Counted from the first letter of the stretch, positions 9,461 to 20,600 are shown. The stretch is 32,000 nucleotides of DNA from Synechococcus elongatus PCC 6301 (GCF_000010065.1 NC_006576.1:1680001-1712000), one strand, 5' to 3'. The notes: a model not told the origin generated them from the sequence alone. A program made the numbers and translations.

Positions 9461-9781
9461 TCAGTCTGCTTGGGCCGCAATATCCTCGTCACCAGCCTCA
9501 TCTAGCAGTGCATCCGCCACATACTCGATGATCCGCAGACAGGCATGCCGACAGCCATCCCGGCAATCATCAAACATTTCCGTGATGTGCTCGCCCGGTA
9601 GCCCAGCATCCTGCAGCAACTTGACTACGCGCAGGTTCGCTTCCCAGTCTTCGCCAAAAACAGCTTCATTGACGAGCTCCTCTGCTACCGCAAAGGCATT
9701 ACAGAGATAAACGCCCGCTTCCTCTGTCGGCTCGGCTGCAGCCAAGGGATGGAGGAATTGCGGTGTTTCTTGTTCTGACAT
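9461..9781 (-). CDS. Hypothetical protein with a Cys-rich DDCRDGCRHAC motif
   Basis: 106 aa ORF in a gap otherwise lacking genes, acidic C-terminus. No family recognised with certainty. Confidence 0.6.
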   Translation of the reverse strand: MSEQETPQFLHPLAAAEPTEEAGVYLCNAFAVAEELVNEAVFGEDWEANLRVVKLLQDAGLPGEHITEMFDDCRDGCRHACLRIIEYVADALLDEAGDEDIAAQAD

Positions 9782-9829
9782 CAGGGCCTGGGGCAGACAG
9801 CAGGTTGGTTGCAGTGTAGCGGAGGGGGG

Positions 9830-10549
9830 TCACAAATGGGTGACACGGGTTCTGACGCTGGCGATTTCAGCAGCCAAACTGGGCTGGTACAGCAACTGTT
9901 GTAAGGGTGCCCAAGCTTGCACCTCTTCGTATATGGCGCGATAACCACTGACATTCGGATGAAGCCCATCGGGACCGAGGCAAGACTGCCACCATTCTTC
10001 GCCCCGTTCCCACCAGCGGCTGAACAGATCGAGATAGGGCAGATTCAGTTCTTCACAAGCCTGCTGCGTAATTGCCGTATATTCACGCTGATCCGCATGG
10101 TTGAACCAGAGGCAATCGGCGAACGGCATCTGCGCTTCGGACACTGGCACCATGCCGATCACGAGGGTCGGCGCAAGCGATTTTGATTCCTGCAGCAAGG
10201 CTTGGATCGCTTCCGTAAAGCGATCGCGTGGACACATTTGTCGTCCTTTCAAAGAACCAATGCGGGCGGAATCATTAATACCGACCGAGAGCAGGATGAC
10301 ATCGGGTTGTTGGCGCCGCAATTCACCCCGACAGCGAAATTCGGCCTCTAGGCGTTGCTGAACTTGCTCTACCCCATCCCCACGGACGCCGAGGTTGTAG
10401 AGCACTGGGCCGGGGCGATCGGGGTGCATCCACTGACGTCGTAGCCGCTCCACCCAGCCACCGCCCTCTGGATCACCGTAGCCATAAATTGTGCTGTCCC
10501 CAATCGCGATCCAACGCTGCGGAACCAGCGGCCGAACTGTCGAACCCAT
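9830..10549 (-). CDS. GDSL/SGNH-type lipase/esterase
   Basis: 239 aa; AIGDSTIYGYGDPEGGGWVERL (block I), NLGVRGDG (block II), LSVGINDSARI (block III), DGLHPNVSGY (block V). Confidence 0.85.
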   Translation of the reverse strand: MGSTVRPLVPQRWIAIGDSTIYGYGDPEGGGWVERLRRQWMHPDRPGPVLYNLGVRGDGVEQVQQRLEAEFRCRGELRRQQPDVILLSVGINDSARIGSLKGRQMCPRDRFTEAIQALLQESKSLAPTLVIGMVPVSEAQMPFADCLWFNHADQREYTAITQQACEELNLPYLDLFSRWWERGEEWWQSCLGPDGLHPNVSGYRAIYEEVQAWAPLQQLLYQPSLAAEIASVRTRVTHL

Positions 10550-10625
10550 CGCTTACTAAGCAAAAGTGCTGATCAAGATAGCACCTTGTCTCCAGTCACG
10601 GTGGACAAGGACGACTAATGCAGCC

Positions 10626-11804
10626 TCAAACCGAGACACCAAGCAGGCTGTTTTGGAAGAGCTGTAACCGTTCCAGACCCTTTTCAATCGTTTGGCAGTC
10701 AGTGGCGTAGGAGAGCCGGATGCTGCGATCGTCGCCAAAGGCAATGCCGGGAATGGCTGCAACTTGATGTTGATCCAACAGTTGACGGCAATAGGTCATC
10801 GAGTCGAGACCTGTTTTGCTGATGTCCACGAAGACGTAGAACGCCCCTTCCGGTATTGGACAGGAGAGCCCCGCGATTTGATTCAGTCCGTTCAAGATCA
10901 ACTGACGCCGCTCCGTAAAGGCAGCCAGCATTTCTGCCACACAATCCTGTGGACCTTGCAGAGCTGCGATCGCGCCGTACTGGGCAAAGGTGCAGACGTT
11001 TGAGGTGCTGTGGCTTTGCAGCGATGCAGCAGCAGCAATTAGCTCGCTCGGACCCGCGAGGTAGCCAACCCGCCATCCTGTCATCGAGTAGGCTTTGGCG
11101 AAGCCGTTGCTGATCAGCGTTCGTTCAAAACAGGCGGGGCTCAAGCTGCCAATGCTGTGGTGATCGGCTCCGTCGTAAAGGATCTTTTCGTAAATTTCAT
11201 CAGAAACGACCCAAAAGTCATGGGCTTCAATGATCGGCGCGATCGCTTCCAGTTCTTGCCGGCTATAGACCATCCCCGTGGGATTGGAGGGGGAATTCAG
11301 CACTAGCAGCCGTGTCCGAGGCGTAATCGCCCCTGCCAATTGCTGCGGCTGGAGTTTAAAGCCGTCGCTGGCGAAAGTTTCAACGATGACGGGCACACCG
11401 CCCGCCAACTTGACCATTTCGGGATAGCTCAACCAGTAAGGTGCGGGGATAATCACCTCATCGCCCGGATCGAGCAGCACCTGCATCAGGTTGTAGAGTG
11501 ACTGCTTACCGCCATTGGTGACGAGAATGTTGGCGGCTTGGTAATCGAGTCCGTTGTCGGCGCGCAATTTTTGGGCGATCGCTTCGCGCAGATCAGGTTC
11601 ACCGGCTGCAGGACCGTAGCGAGTTTTGCCCTCTGCTAGCGCTTGAGCTGCTGCATTGCGAATGTGCAAAGGTGTTTCAAAGTCGGGCTCCCCGGCGCTG
11701 AAGCTGCAGACATCCAAGCCCTCAGCTTTCATCGCTTTGGCTTGGGCAGCGATCGCGAGAGTCAACGATGGTGACACTCGCCCCACACGCTCGGATAGTT
11801 TCAT
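10626..11804 (-). CDS. Aspartate aminotransferase (class I/II, PLP-dependent)
   Basis: [55 protein letters not shown] (PLP lysine). The likely start [15 protein letters not shown] is at 11804; the ORF track extends to 11831. Confidence 0.92.
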   Translation of the reverse strand: MKLSERVGRVSPSLTLAIAAQAKAMKAEGLDVCSFSAGEPDFETPLHIRNAAAQALAEGKTRYGPAAGEPDLREAIAQKLRADNGLDYQAANILVTNGGKQSLYNLMQVLLDPGDEVIIPAPYWLSYPEMVKLAGGVPVIVETFASDGFKLQPQQLAGAITPRTRLLVLNSPSNPTGMVYSRQELEAIAPIIEAHDFWVVSDEIYEKILYDGADHHSIGSLSPACFERTLISNGFAKAYSMTGWRVGYLAGPSELIAAAASLQSHSTSNVCTFAQYGAIAALQGPQDCVAEMLAAFTERRQLILNGLNQIAGLSCPIPEGAFYVFVDISKTGLDSMTYCRQLLDQHQVAAIPGIAFGDDRSIRLSYATDCQTIEKGLERLQLFQNSLLGVSV

Positions 11805-11917
11805 GAAAGCGGCTGGCGGCGCAGGTGGCAAAAAGGCAATCTTTCGATCTTAAAGTCTTGGCTCACTCCACGACGCATCAATTTTTGAAGAATTTGCAGT
11901 TGTGACTGACAGAATCC

Positions 11918-12307
11918 ATGCTCACTCTTGAAATGACCTTGGCCGTACAGAATCTAGCGGTGATGCAGGCGTTCTATACAGCTCTGCTGGGCAGCGGGCC
12001 AGGGGTGGTTTGGGGCGATCGCTACGCGGGTTTTCAGATTCACGGGCAACGACTAGGATTGTTCCGCCCCCGCGCTGAGGAGCGCGATCGCTGGCGATCG
12101 GCGGCTGGTGCTTGGAGTCTCTGCCTTTACGTGCCGGATCTGGAAATGGCTTGTCAGACGGTGCTGGCAGCCGGTGGATGGATTGAATCCGCGGCGATCG
12201 CCGAAACCTACGGACGCGAATGTTACGCCCAAGATCCCGAAGGGAATCGACTCCTGCTCTGTCAGGGTGAGCCTCCGGTTACGATTCCAGATCCCCAGCC
12301 CGCTTAA
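11918..12307 (+). CDS. VOC (glyoxalase/bleomycin-resistance/dioxygenase) superfamily protein
   Basis: 129 aa; LAVQNLAVMQAFYTALLG...LCLYVPDLEMACQTVLAAGG...GRECYAQDPEGNRLLL. Confidence 0.82.
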   Translation: MLTLEMTLAVQNLAVMQAFYTALLGSGPGVVWGDRYAGFQIHGQRLGLFRPRAEERDRWRSAAGAWSLCLYVPDLEMACQTVLAAGGWIESAAIAETYGRECYAQDPEGNRLLLCQGEPPVTIPDPQPA

Positions 12308-12336
12308 GATCGAGCCAGCGATCGCAATCTGGGGCT

Positions 12337-13044
12337 ATGAGCGAGGATCAAATTAGTCTGTTCGACTTCGGTGCTGCAGCGGAACCGGTGGCCGACGCCC
12401 CAGCCACGGTCGATCGCGCCGCAATTCCGACGAGCGCCAGTATTCCGATTCCTGCAGGAACTTTCAGCACTGTCGAAGAGCTGCTAGAGCCCTGTAATGC
12501 TTGCCAGCGCTGTGGATTGGGGCAAACCCGCACCCATGCGGTGGTGGGGCGCGGTAATCCTCAAGCCAAGCTGATGGTGATTGGCGAAGGCCCTGGCGAG
12601 AACGAGGATCTACAAGGCCTGCCGTTTGTTGGTAAAGCGGGTCAATTGCTCGATCGCATTCTGGCGGCGGTCAGCCTCGATAGCAATCGCGACGTCTACA
12701 TCGCCAACATCGTCAAATGTCGGCCGCCGGGGAACCGCAAGCCCACGCCCGAGGAAATGGCGGCCTGTGTGCCCTACTTGCAAGAGCAGGTGCGCCTGGT
12801 CCAACCCAAGATCATTCTTTTGGCGGGCGCGACGGCGGTGCAAGGGCTGCTGGGTGACAAGCGCGGCATCACCAAAATTCGCGGCCTCTGGATGGAATGG
12901 CAAGGCATTGCCTGTATGCCCGTCTTTCACCCGGCCTATCTGCTGCGCAACCCGTCCAAAGAGCAGGGCAGTCCCAAATGGCTGATGTGGCAGGACATCC
13001 AAGAAGTCAAACGGCGCCTCGACGAATTGTCCGCAACCCCCTAA
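12337..13044 (+). CDS. Type-4 uracil-DNA glycosylase (Fe-S)
   Basis: 235 aa; CNACQRCGLGQTR, MVIGEGPGENEDLQGLPFVGKAGQLLD, NIVKCRPPGNRKPTPEE, VFHPAYLLRNP. Confidence 0.93.
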   Translation: MSEDQISLFDFGAAAEPVADAPATVDRAAIPTSASIPIPAGTFSTVEELLEPCNACQRCGLGQTRTHAVVGRGNPQAKLMVIGEGPGENEDLQGLPFVGKAGQLLDRILAAVSLDSNRDVYIANIVKCRPPGNRKPTPEEMAACVPYLQEQVRLVQPKIILLAGATAVQGLLGDKRGITKIRGLWMEWQGIACMPVFHPAYLLRNPSKEQGSPKWLMWQDIQEVKRRLDELSATP

Positions 13045-13060
13045 GCCCTCGAGAACTGTC

Positions 13061-13408
13061 ATGAACCGTCTGTTGCGATCGCTCCTCATGGCTTTTTGCC
13101 TGCTGATTTGTGGGCTGACTATCGCTCCAATTTCCACTCAGGCTGCACCGGCAACTGGAGCAGCGCTCTTCGAGGCACAGTGCGTTGGTTGCCATATTGG
13201 CGGCGGCAATATTATTCGCCGGGGCAAAACCCTACAACTCAAAGCCCTGAAAAAAAATGGTTACGACACTGCTGAAGCGATCGCGACGATCGTCAGCCAG
13301 GGCAAAAACAACATGTCCGCCTACAGCGATCGCCTCAGCCCCGAGGAAATTGCGATCGTTTCCGCCTATGTGCTGGAACAAGCCAACGCGGGCTGGCCTC
13401 GGTCATAA
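13061..13408 (+). CDS. Cytochrome c6-like (PetJ-like) lumenal/periplasmic cytochrome c
   Basis: 115 aa; signal peptide (LLRSLLMAFCLLICGLTIAPISTQA), CVGCH haem motif, NNMSAYSDRLS (probable Met ligand), AYVLEQANAGW C-terminus. Confidence 0.9.
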   Translation: MNRLLRSLLMAFCLLICGLTIAPISTQAAPATGAALFEAQCVGCHIGGGNIIRRGKTLQLKALKKNGYDTAEAIATIVSQGKNNMSAYSDRLSPEEIAIVSAYVLEQANAGWPRS

Positions 13409-13621
13409 TCCCTGTCGCTAAGCGGAACGATTCAGAAGCTTTGGACAGGACTCGCCCTGAATTCCGAGGATTCTTGCTGCGTCGGGAGTCCAGTGAATCG
13501 GTCTGCTGCGGGTGTGAACCGAGTGCCCTTAACAATGTGCGATTGAGTCAGATCAGAGTGCTTCAAAAGCCAGCAAACCTCTACTCAAGCTAGCTAGCCT
13601 TTTAAGTTGTTGAAGTTAGAA

Positions 13622-13695
13622 CGGGACTGACGGGGCTCGAACCCGCAACTTCCGCCGTGACAGGGCGGTGCTCTAACCGATTGAACTACAGTCCC
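13622..13695 (-). tRNA. tRNA-Asp (anticodon GTC)
   Basis: Reverse strand: GGGACTGTAGTTCAATCGGTTAGAGCACCGCCCTGTCACGGCGGAAGTTGCGGGTTCGAGCCCCGTCAGTCCCG. Folds as a 74-nt cloverleaf with a complete 7-bp acceptor stem and GTC anticodon. Confidence 0.96.
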
Positions 13696-13865
13696 AGTTG
13701 CAACTCATTACTGAGCGCATGAATAATCATGCCTGTCTGTCCAGCCTGTGTCAAGCCTTTCCGACAAAGTTTTTGTGCGGTTCCAGTGAATTGCTTTCCG
13801 ATCGCTTGCTAATCGCCATCAGTGAAAGCTGTGATCATCGCTGCTGATCAAAACTCACTCAAAAC

Positions 13866-13900
13866 AAAACCCTCAGTCCTGTGACTGAAGGTTGTTTAAA
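13866..13900 (-). terminator. Probable intrinsic terminator downstream of tRNA-Trp (rplS/tRNA-Trp unit)
   Basis: Reverse strand: AACCTTCAGTC-ACAG-GACTGAGGGTTTTGTTTT, a GC-containing stem followed by a T-rich tract. Confidence 0.75.
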
Positions 13901-13901
13901 A

Positions 13902-13974
13902 CGCGCCCTGGAGGACTTGAACCCCCGACATCAGGTTTTGGAGACCTGCGTTCTACCAACTGAACTAAGAGCGC
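13902..13974 (-). tRNA. tRNA-Trp (anticodon CCA)
   Basis: Reverse strand: GCGCTCTTAGTTCAGTTGGTAGAACGCAGGTCTCCAAAACCTGATGTCGGGGGTTCAAGTCCTCCAGGGCGCG. 73 nt, anticodon CCA, paired acceptor stem. Confidence 0.96.
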
Positions 13975-14019
13975 AAGAGCAGAGGCCGAAACCTCTTGCA
14001 TTGTATCGGATGCCGATCC

Positions 14020-14382
14020 TTAGATCGAGCGATCGAAGCGCTGTTTGACGCGGGTTGCTTTGCCGACGCGATCGCGCAGGTAGTACAGCTTCGCCCGACG
14101 CACTCGACCGCGACGGAGAACTTGCACACTAGCGACGGCCGGCGAGTGAAGCAGGAAGACCCGTTCAACGCCTACACCTTGGAAGATGCGGCGAACGGTA
14201 ATGCTCTCGTTGATGCCACCGCCACTGTTGGCGATTACAACCCCTTCATACGGCTGTACGCGCTCTTTGCCACCCTCTTGGATGCGAACGCCCACTTTGA
14301 CCGTGTCACCGACGTAGATCGTCGGCAAGTCCGACTTGGTGTATTCCGCTTCAATTGAGCGGATGATTTCTTGGGCGCCCAT
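14020..14382 (-). CDS. rplS: 50S ribosomal protein L19
   Basis: [116 protein letters not shown]. The internal ATG at 14382 is a better start than the track start 14496. Confidence 0.95.
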   Translation of the reverse strand: MGAQEIIRSIEAEYTKSDLPTIYVGDTVKVGVRIQEGGKERVQPYEGVVIANSGGGINESITVRRIFQGVGVERVFLLHSPAVASVQVLRRGRVRRAKLYYLRDRVGKATRVKQRFDRSI

Positions 14383-14487
14383 AGACCCGCTGTAAAACTC
14401 ACAGTCCACTAGCTTAGCGAAGTTGATTGTCACTTGTCTAGAGGGGAATGCTAAAAATGCCCCCGATCGCTGCTTGAGGATTGCGCT

Positions 14488-14949
14488 ATGGCTCATCTCT
14501 CATCTCTATGGAAACCGCAAGGGCTGCGCCACTGGCTGCTATGGTTGGCGATCGTGCTCTGGGCTGCTTGGTGCTGCTGGCCGAGACCAGTGATCGCGGC
14601 CACCGTTCGGCAAAGCATTAGCATCGATCTCGGGAATGCAGCAGGCGAGCTGCGCTTTTTCCCCAGTCAACTCCGGCTCAAAGCGGGCCAGCCCTACGAA
14701 TTGGCCTTACATAATCCCAGCCCACTCAAGCACTACTTCACCGCCAAAGACTTTAGCGATGCTATCTGGACTCGCAAAGTCGATGCCGGTGGTGTCGAAG
14801 TCAAGGGCAGCATTCGGGAGCTGGAGCTGCGGCCTGGCAGTGAAGCCGTGTGGCAATTTACCCCGGAACGGCCCGGACAATATGACCTACGCTGTCGCAT
14901 TGCGGGGCATACCGATGCGGGCATGACAGGACAGTTAATCGTCGAGTAA
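14488..14949 (+). CDS. Exported cupredoxin-domain protein
   Basis: 153 aa; N-terminal signal/[36 protein letters not shown]-terminal [21 protein letters not shown] (C...H....M, type-1 Cu-like). Confidence 0.85.
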   Translation: MAHLSSLWKPQGLRHWLLWLAIVLWAAWCCWPRPVIAATVRQSISIDLGNAAGELRFFPSQLRLKAGQPYELALHNPSPLKHYFTAKDFSDAIWTRKVDAGGVEVKGSIRELELRPGSEAVWQFTPERPGQYDLRCRIAGHTDAGMTGQLIVE

Positions 14950-15129
14950 CTCGCTGAGATTTCTAAGGGTGAAGCCTGTCTAGCGGTCGGGCGATCGCGG
15001 TGGATTCACGCCGGGCTATCTCAGTGGGGAGTCTTGGTGCTCTGTTGTCTGCTCAATCGCTTGCCCTCTGCAGCTTTCATTTCAGCGCGATCGGTATCTG
15101 AGGGAGAATAAAGACCCGCCGCTGTCTAT

Positions 15130-15684
15130 GTGCTGGTTATGCGTCGTTTTGTTCTCTGCTGCCTGACCGTCCTGATCTTGGGAATGAGCTGCTTGTGGTC
15201 ACCCGCAGCGCAGGCCAGCCTGCAAGACGATCGCTTTGACGGCAACATTTTTGCGCTCTATGCAGGCAATGGATCGCTGGTGCCGCCTCGGATGCCTTTG
15301 AGTCAGGCGATCGCAGAGCACCGCCCCTCGCTATTGGTCTTCTATTTAGATGACAGCCGCGATTGCAAGCAGTTCGCCAGTGTGGTTTCGCAGCTGCAAG
15401 CGCCCTTCGGTCGGGTAGTGGAGTTCATTCCCGTCAATGCTGATACGGTGCAGGGCGATCGCCCACAAGATCCGGCTGAAGCAGGTTTCTATTACCAAGG
15501 TGTGGTGCCCCAAGTCGTTGTCTTCGATCAGCAAGGCAAGGTTCGCCTCAATCAAACCGGATTGGTTGCCTACGATGCGATCGACGATGCGTTGCGGTCG
15601 GTGTTGGATCTGCCCGCGCGATCGCAGACGGAGACGACTCGTCCTCGCATCCTCAACGAAATCAACACCGAATTGGTGCAGTAG
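15130..15684 (+). CDS. Thioredoxin-like protein, probably lumenal/periplasmic
   Basis: 184 aa with signal peptide; LLVFYLDDSRDCKQFASVVSQLQAPFGRVVEFIPVNAD...GVVPQVVVFDQQGKVRLNQTG. Thioredoxin-like fold but no CxxC. Confidence 0.75.
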   Translation: MLVMRRFVLCCLTVLILGMSCLWSPAAQASLQDDRFDGNIFALYAGNGSLVPPRMPLSQAIAEHRPSLLVFYLDDSRDCKQFASVVSQLQAPFGRVVEFIPVNADTVQGDRPQDPAEAGFYYQGVVPQVVVFDQQGKVRLNQTGLVAYDAIDDALRSVLDLPARSQTETTRPRILNEINTELVQ

Positions 15685-15819
15685 TCAGGGGACTGAGCTA
15701 GGGCGATCGCAGTCTGTAGTCTGTCGGACTTGATCCCGATACGGGGTTAACCCTCAGCACACAGGGAGCGGCAGGCAAAGCGAGCGCTAGACTGAAGAAA
15801 CGTCGCTCAGCGGAACCGC

Positions 15820-16512
15820 TTGGCTATGCTCGAATCGATTCAAGCAGTGCAGGCACCTTATTACGGGGATGTGTCCTACCGGACGCCGCCACCGGATTTG
15901 CCCTCGTTGCTGCTCAAGGAGCGGATTATCTACCTCGGCATGCCGTTGTTCTCGTCTGACGATGTGAAGCGGCAAGTGGGTTTCGATGTGACGGAGCTGA
16001 TCATTGCTCAGCTGCTCTATCTGGAATTCGATAATCCCGAGAAGCCGATTTACTTCTACATCAATTCCACCGGCACCTCTTGGTACACCGGCGATGCGAT
16101 CGGCTACGAAACCGAAGCCTTCGCCATCTGCGACACGATGCGCTACATCAAGCCGCCGGTACACACCATCTGCATCGGTCAGGCAATGGGAACGGCGGCC
16201 ATGATTCTCTCGGGTGGGACGCCGGGCAACCGCGCCAGCTTGCCCCACGCCACGATCGTGCTCAACCAGCCCCGTACTGGTGCTCAGGGTCAGGCCTCGG
16301 ATATTCAAATCCGCGCCAAAGAGGTGCTGGCTAACAAGCGCACCATGCTGGAGATCTTTGCTCGCAACACAGGTCAAGATCCCGATCGCTTGGCCCGCGA
16401 CACCGATCGCATGCTTTATATGACTCCGGCTCAGGCTGTGGAGTATGGCTTGATCGATCGCGTCCTCGACAGCCGCAAGGATTTGCCTGCGCCGTTGCCA
16501 AGCTTCTCCTAG
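15820..16512 (+). CDS. clpR: ClpR, catalytically degenerate ClpP-family subunit
   Basis: 230 aa ClpP fold, but the active-site regions read IGQAMGTAAM (no catalytic Ser) and ATIVLNQP (His replaced by Asn). Located immediately upstream of a canonical clpP. Confidence 0.93.
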   Translation: MAMLESIQAVQAPYYGDVSYRTPPPDLPSLLLKERIIYLGMPLFSSDDVKRQVGFDVTELIIAQLLYLEFDNPEKPIYFYINSTGTSWYTGDAIGYETEAFAICDTMRYIKPPVHTICIGQAMGTAAMILSGGTPGNRASLPHATIVLNQPRTGAQGQASDIQIRAKEVLANKRTMLEIFARNTGQDPDRLARDTDRMLYMTPAQAVEYGLIDRVLDSRKDLPAPLPSFS

Positions 16513-16554
16513 TCTTCCGACCGTCTTTGTCCTGTCCTCCACCCATCCTGCGCT

Positions 16555-17154
16555 ATGCCTATTGGAGTCCCGAGCGTTCCCTACCGTCTTCCGGGAAGCA
16601 GCTTTGAACGCTGGATCGATATCTACAACCGTCTAGCGATGGAGCGGATCATCTTCCTCGGGCAGGAAGTGACCGATGGCTTGGCCAATAGCATTGTGGC
16701 TCAGCTGCTCTATCTTGATTCGGAAGACTCCAGCAAGCCGATCTATCTCTACATCAACTCGCCCGGTGGCTCAGTCACGGCGGGGATGGCGATCTACGAC
16801 ACGATGCAATACATCAAGTCGCCGGTGATCACTATTTGCTTGGGTCTGGCGGCTTCGATGGGTGCGTTCCTGCTCTGCGCCGGCAGCAAAGGAAAACGGC
16901 TCGCATTGCCTCATTCGCGGATTATGATTCACCAACCGCTGGGGGGAACGGGTCGCCGTCAGGCTTCCGATATTGAAATCGAAGCCAAAGAGATTCTGCG
17001 AATCAAAAAACTGCTGAACCAAATCATGGCCGATCGCACCGGTCAGCCTCTTGAAAAAATCGAGAAGGACACCGATCGCGACTACTTCATGTCTGCTGAA
17101 GAAGCCCGTGAGTACGGCTTGATCGACCAAGTGATCGCGGAACGGCCTGTCTAG
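16555..17154 (+). CDS. ATP-dependent Clp protease proteolytic subunit (paired with clpR)
   Basis: 199 aa; [31 protein letters not shown] (Ser), [10 protein letters not shown] (His), [14 protein letters not shown]. Confidence 0.96.
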   Translation: MPIGVPSVPYRLPGSSFERWIDIYNRLAMERIIFLGQEVTDGLANSIVAQLLYLDSEDSSKPIYLYINSPGGSVTAGMAIYDTMQYIKSPVITICLGLAASMGAFLLCAGSKGKRLALPHSRIMIHQPLGGTGRRQASDIEIEAKEILRIKKLLNQIMADRTGQPLEKIEKDTDRDYFMSAEEAREYGLIDQVIAERPV

Positions 17155-17159
17155 TTGCC

Positions 17160-17693
17160 ATGAGTGCCGAGCGATCGCGATGGCTGCAGTGTTTGGGACT
17201 TCCTGCTACGGCTGACGCGATCGCGATCAAAACGGCTTACCGTCAGTTGGCGCGGCAGTGGCACCCCGATTGCAATCCCGATCCGCAAGCCACCGCTCGT
17301 TTTCAGGAGATCCAGATCGCCTACGAGCGGCTGTTAGTTCTGCAAGAATCCGCCACGGCTCAACCCGTTCCGCAAGCCCCCCCAGCGGATGCAGCTCTGA
17401 TTGCCCTCAAACGTCAGTTCCAGCCACAACTACAAGATCTGCTGGCGGATGGACGCTGGGCGAAGGCGATCGCCTTAACTGAAGCACTGCAACAACGCTT
17501 ACCCGACGATTGGGAAGTGCGTCAGTGGTTGGCAATCTGTTATCTCCGGCAAGGGCAAGCCTTGCTGGTTCAACAACAGCGACAGCAAGCGATCGTCTAC
17601 TTTGAGAAAGCGCGCCGCACCGATCCGCACAATCCACGCCTCCAACAAGAAATTCAAGCCAGCCATAGGCTGGCCTCAGCTCGGCGAGCCTGA
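17160..17693 (+). CDS. J-domain protein (DnaJ-like N-terminus, TPR-like C-terminus)
   Basis: 177 aa; IKTAYRQLARQWHPDCNPDPQATARFQEIQIAYERL contains the HPD motif; C-terminal helical repeats (LAICYLRQGQALLVQQQRQQAIVYFEKARRTDPHNPRLQ). Confidence 0.88.
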   Translation: MSAERSRWLQCLGLPATADAIAIKTAYRQLARQWHPDCNPDPQATARFQEIQIAYERLLVLQESATAQPVPQAPPADAALIALKRQFQPQLQDLLADGRWAKAIALTEALQQRLPDDWEVRQWLAICYLRQGQALLVQQQRQQAIVYFEKARRTDPHNPRLQQEIQASHRLASARRA

Positions 17694-20600
17694 CGGATCT
17701 GGATTAACCGCGATTGCAGAGTCATCAGCGCTCATCAATTCGAATTTGCGCCAGCTGGGTTGATGTACCACGACGCAGTTACGGCCTGCAGCTTTGGCTT
17801 GGTAAAGACTGGTGTCAGCTGACTTGATCAACGTATCGCTCGCTAGCCCCGATTCTGGGAATGCAGCCACCCCAATTGAGATCGTGAGAGAGGGCAGCGT
17901 TTGCTCGTGATAGCTGATGATTAATTGAGCGATCGCCTGTCGAATTTGATCAGCCTTGCGAGCGCTGACTTCAAGGCTGGCTCCCGGCATTAAAATCGCA
18001 ATTTCTTCGCCACCAAAGCGACAGACCACATCTGAGGCACGAACTTGGTTAAGCAGGGCGCGAGCTACCTGTTTCAAGACCATATCGCCTGCATCGTGGC
18101 CAAACTCGTCGTTGAAACGCTTGAAGTAGTCAATATCCAGCATTAATATCCCGATGCTGTCACCACTGCGCTTGGCGCGGGCCAATTCCTGTTCAAAAAA
18201 TTCCTGCAGATAGCGGCGATTGAACAACCCTGTAAGCGGATCGCGCAGGTTCTCTTGGCGCAGGGTTTCTCGCAGTTGGAGGTTGGCAATTGCTAATGCA
18301 AGTTGCTCAGCGATGGTTTCAGCTAGAGGTGGGGCCTTGCTGTCCACACAGCTATTGTCATGTGTAACCATTTGTTCAAACTGTAGGTGCCCCAAAATCT
18401 CGCCGAAAGCGGCGAGCGGCAAGCAAAAAATGCTTTCTCCCGAGGAGATCTTGCCCTTGACGTGGGGGCAAGCTGGACTAAGCACTTGGTCCGGATCATA
18501 GAGATAGGGCGTACCACGGCGTAGAGCCCAACAATCGCTGAGCAAAAAAGACGGCTGAGTATGAACGGGTTGGCCCCATTCAACAATGGCTTGGAGCATT
18601 TCGAGCTTTCCATCCCGCTGGAGCAAACTCAGCTGACCGCGACAGTTAGGAAAGAGTTGGGGGAGAAATCCGGCAATTACTTGTCCTGCTTCAGCAACCG
18701 TGGAACAAGCCTGTAGAAAATCATTCAGCTGTCCCAGCAGTTGCATCTCCCGATTACGTTGATCGAGTTCTTGAATGCGCTCCTGCAACGCCAAGCCCAT
18801 TTCTTTGAGTGCTGTGATATCAATCGCTAGTCCTTGGACTAGCAGCGTTCCATCGACTGACAGCAACATCTCGCCTTGGTCGCGCACCCAAATGGTTTGG
18901 CCATCGCTGCGAATCATCCGATATTCAAAGCTGTAGGCTCGTTGTTCGGCGAGCGCGGCTTCAAACTGCTGTTGTATCTTGTCTAGGTCGTCTGGATGCA
19001 CAAACTGTTGCCACGTGTTGGCAAAGCCTGCATGCCACTGGGATTGATCAACTCCGAGCAAGGTTTCAATCTGAGGGCTGACATACCCCTTGTCCTGTAG
19101 AGCATTCGGCGAGAAACGATAGACCACCCCCGGATTCTTCTCGATCAGAAGACGGGCTTGCTCTTCGGCCTGGGCTAAACGTAATTCTGTAGCTTTGCGA
19201 TCGGTGATATCGATCGCACTGCCGATGAGTCGCACCACCTGACCTTCAGCATTACGAACGGCTTCGCCTTGTCCACTGACCCAGTGAATGCTGCCATCAG
19301 CCCAAGTCACACGAAAGTCGATGGAATAAGGAGTTCCTTGTTGGATGCATCTCTGCACATTTCTAAGCCAGTAGTCGCGATCGAGGGGATGAATTTGCTG
19401 TAGATGTTCCTCAAAGCTGGGTACGGGCTCACTGGGGTTCATCCCAAACAAACGAAACAGTTGAGGCGACCATTCAATTGTTTGGGTGACAACCTCAAAG
19501 GCCCAACTGCCAACCTTGGCGACGCGCTGAGCCGTTTCGAGCTGATCGCGAATCGACTCCAGTTCGGTGGTACGGATCTGCACTAAATGCTCAAGATTTT
19601 CGCTGAGATCCCGTAGCTGGCGATCAGTGTGTGCACGCTCGGTGACATCAATCACTGTACTTAAAACTAGTGATCGTCCTTCGGCGTCTGGCCCGAGAGC
19701 GGAGGAATAAAAATCCCAAGTCCGCAGCGCTCCCGAGCGAGTTTGAATGACAAATTCCCCATTCGCCTGCCGTTGACCGGGCGGCATCGCATAAACTTCC
19801 TCTGCGATGCGTAACACTTCTGCTACCTTCTCTGGGCCATAGACTTTTTCGAACCAACTTTCAACGGTGGGCGTGTCTTCAAGTTCATAACCACTTAATT
19901 CCCGCCAAGCTTCGTTGACCTCTAAGATGCAACCGTCACTGCGATAGAGCACCATCGGCTGAGGGGCTTGCATGACAATTTGTCGGAAACGCCGCTGGAT
20001 CTCTTGGGCTGCTTGGAGTGCGGTCAACAGTTTTTCTTCTTGCTGATTGAGCGATCGCGCAACAACCCAAAGAAGTGCGACTAGCAGACTGGTCGTAATC
20101 GGTGCCACGAGGCCGTCACTGACCACGGGGGTGACCGATAAGTACTGTTGGCTCAAAAACTTGAGACCGCGTAACAGCAGCGGTAATACAAAGAGCCAAG
20201 GCAACAGAGTCCGACTCAGTCGCCCCCCAAGCGAAGGACTACTCAGAATTGCTAGCAATCCCCGTTGGGGGTGGAAGCTGAGAGCCCCAATGCTGAGCAC
20301 TAAGAACCCCACAACCGTGTTAGAGGCGATCGCACTTTGGCGGTCGAGGAATAGATAAAAAGCATTGATGCCGAGTAAATAGCCAAAAAGGCCAAGCATT
20401 GCAATCCACCCGGCAATCAAAGCAAGACTCTGGCTACAGATCACTCGTGGTTCTCTCTGACTGCGAGCACAGCTGAGAGAAGCGGTCAGCAGTAAAAACG
20501 AGATTGCAGCTTGATCACTCATCCGACCCGGCAGGCCAGACCCCACTGGGGAAATGCGATCGCGAACCAGCAGTTCATCCAGCCCTAGATTCCAGCCCGT

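Noticed and set aside
15787-16542. 251-aa minus-strand ORF opposite clpR
   Set aside because: Fully antisense to a clear ClpR gene, with no recognisable motifs. Consistent with a shadow ORF.
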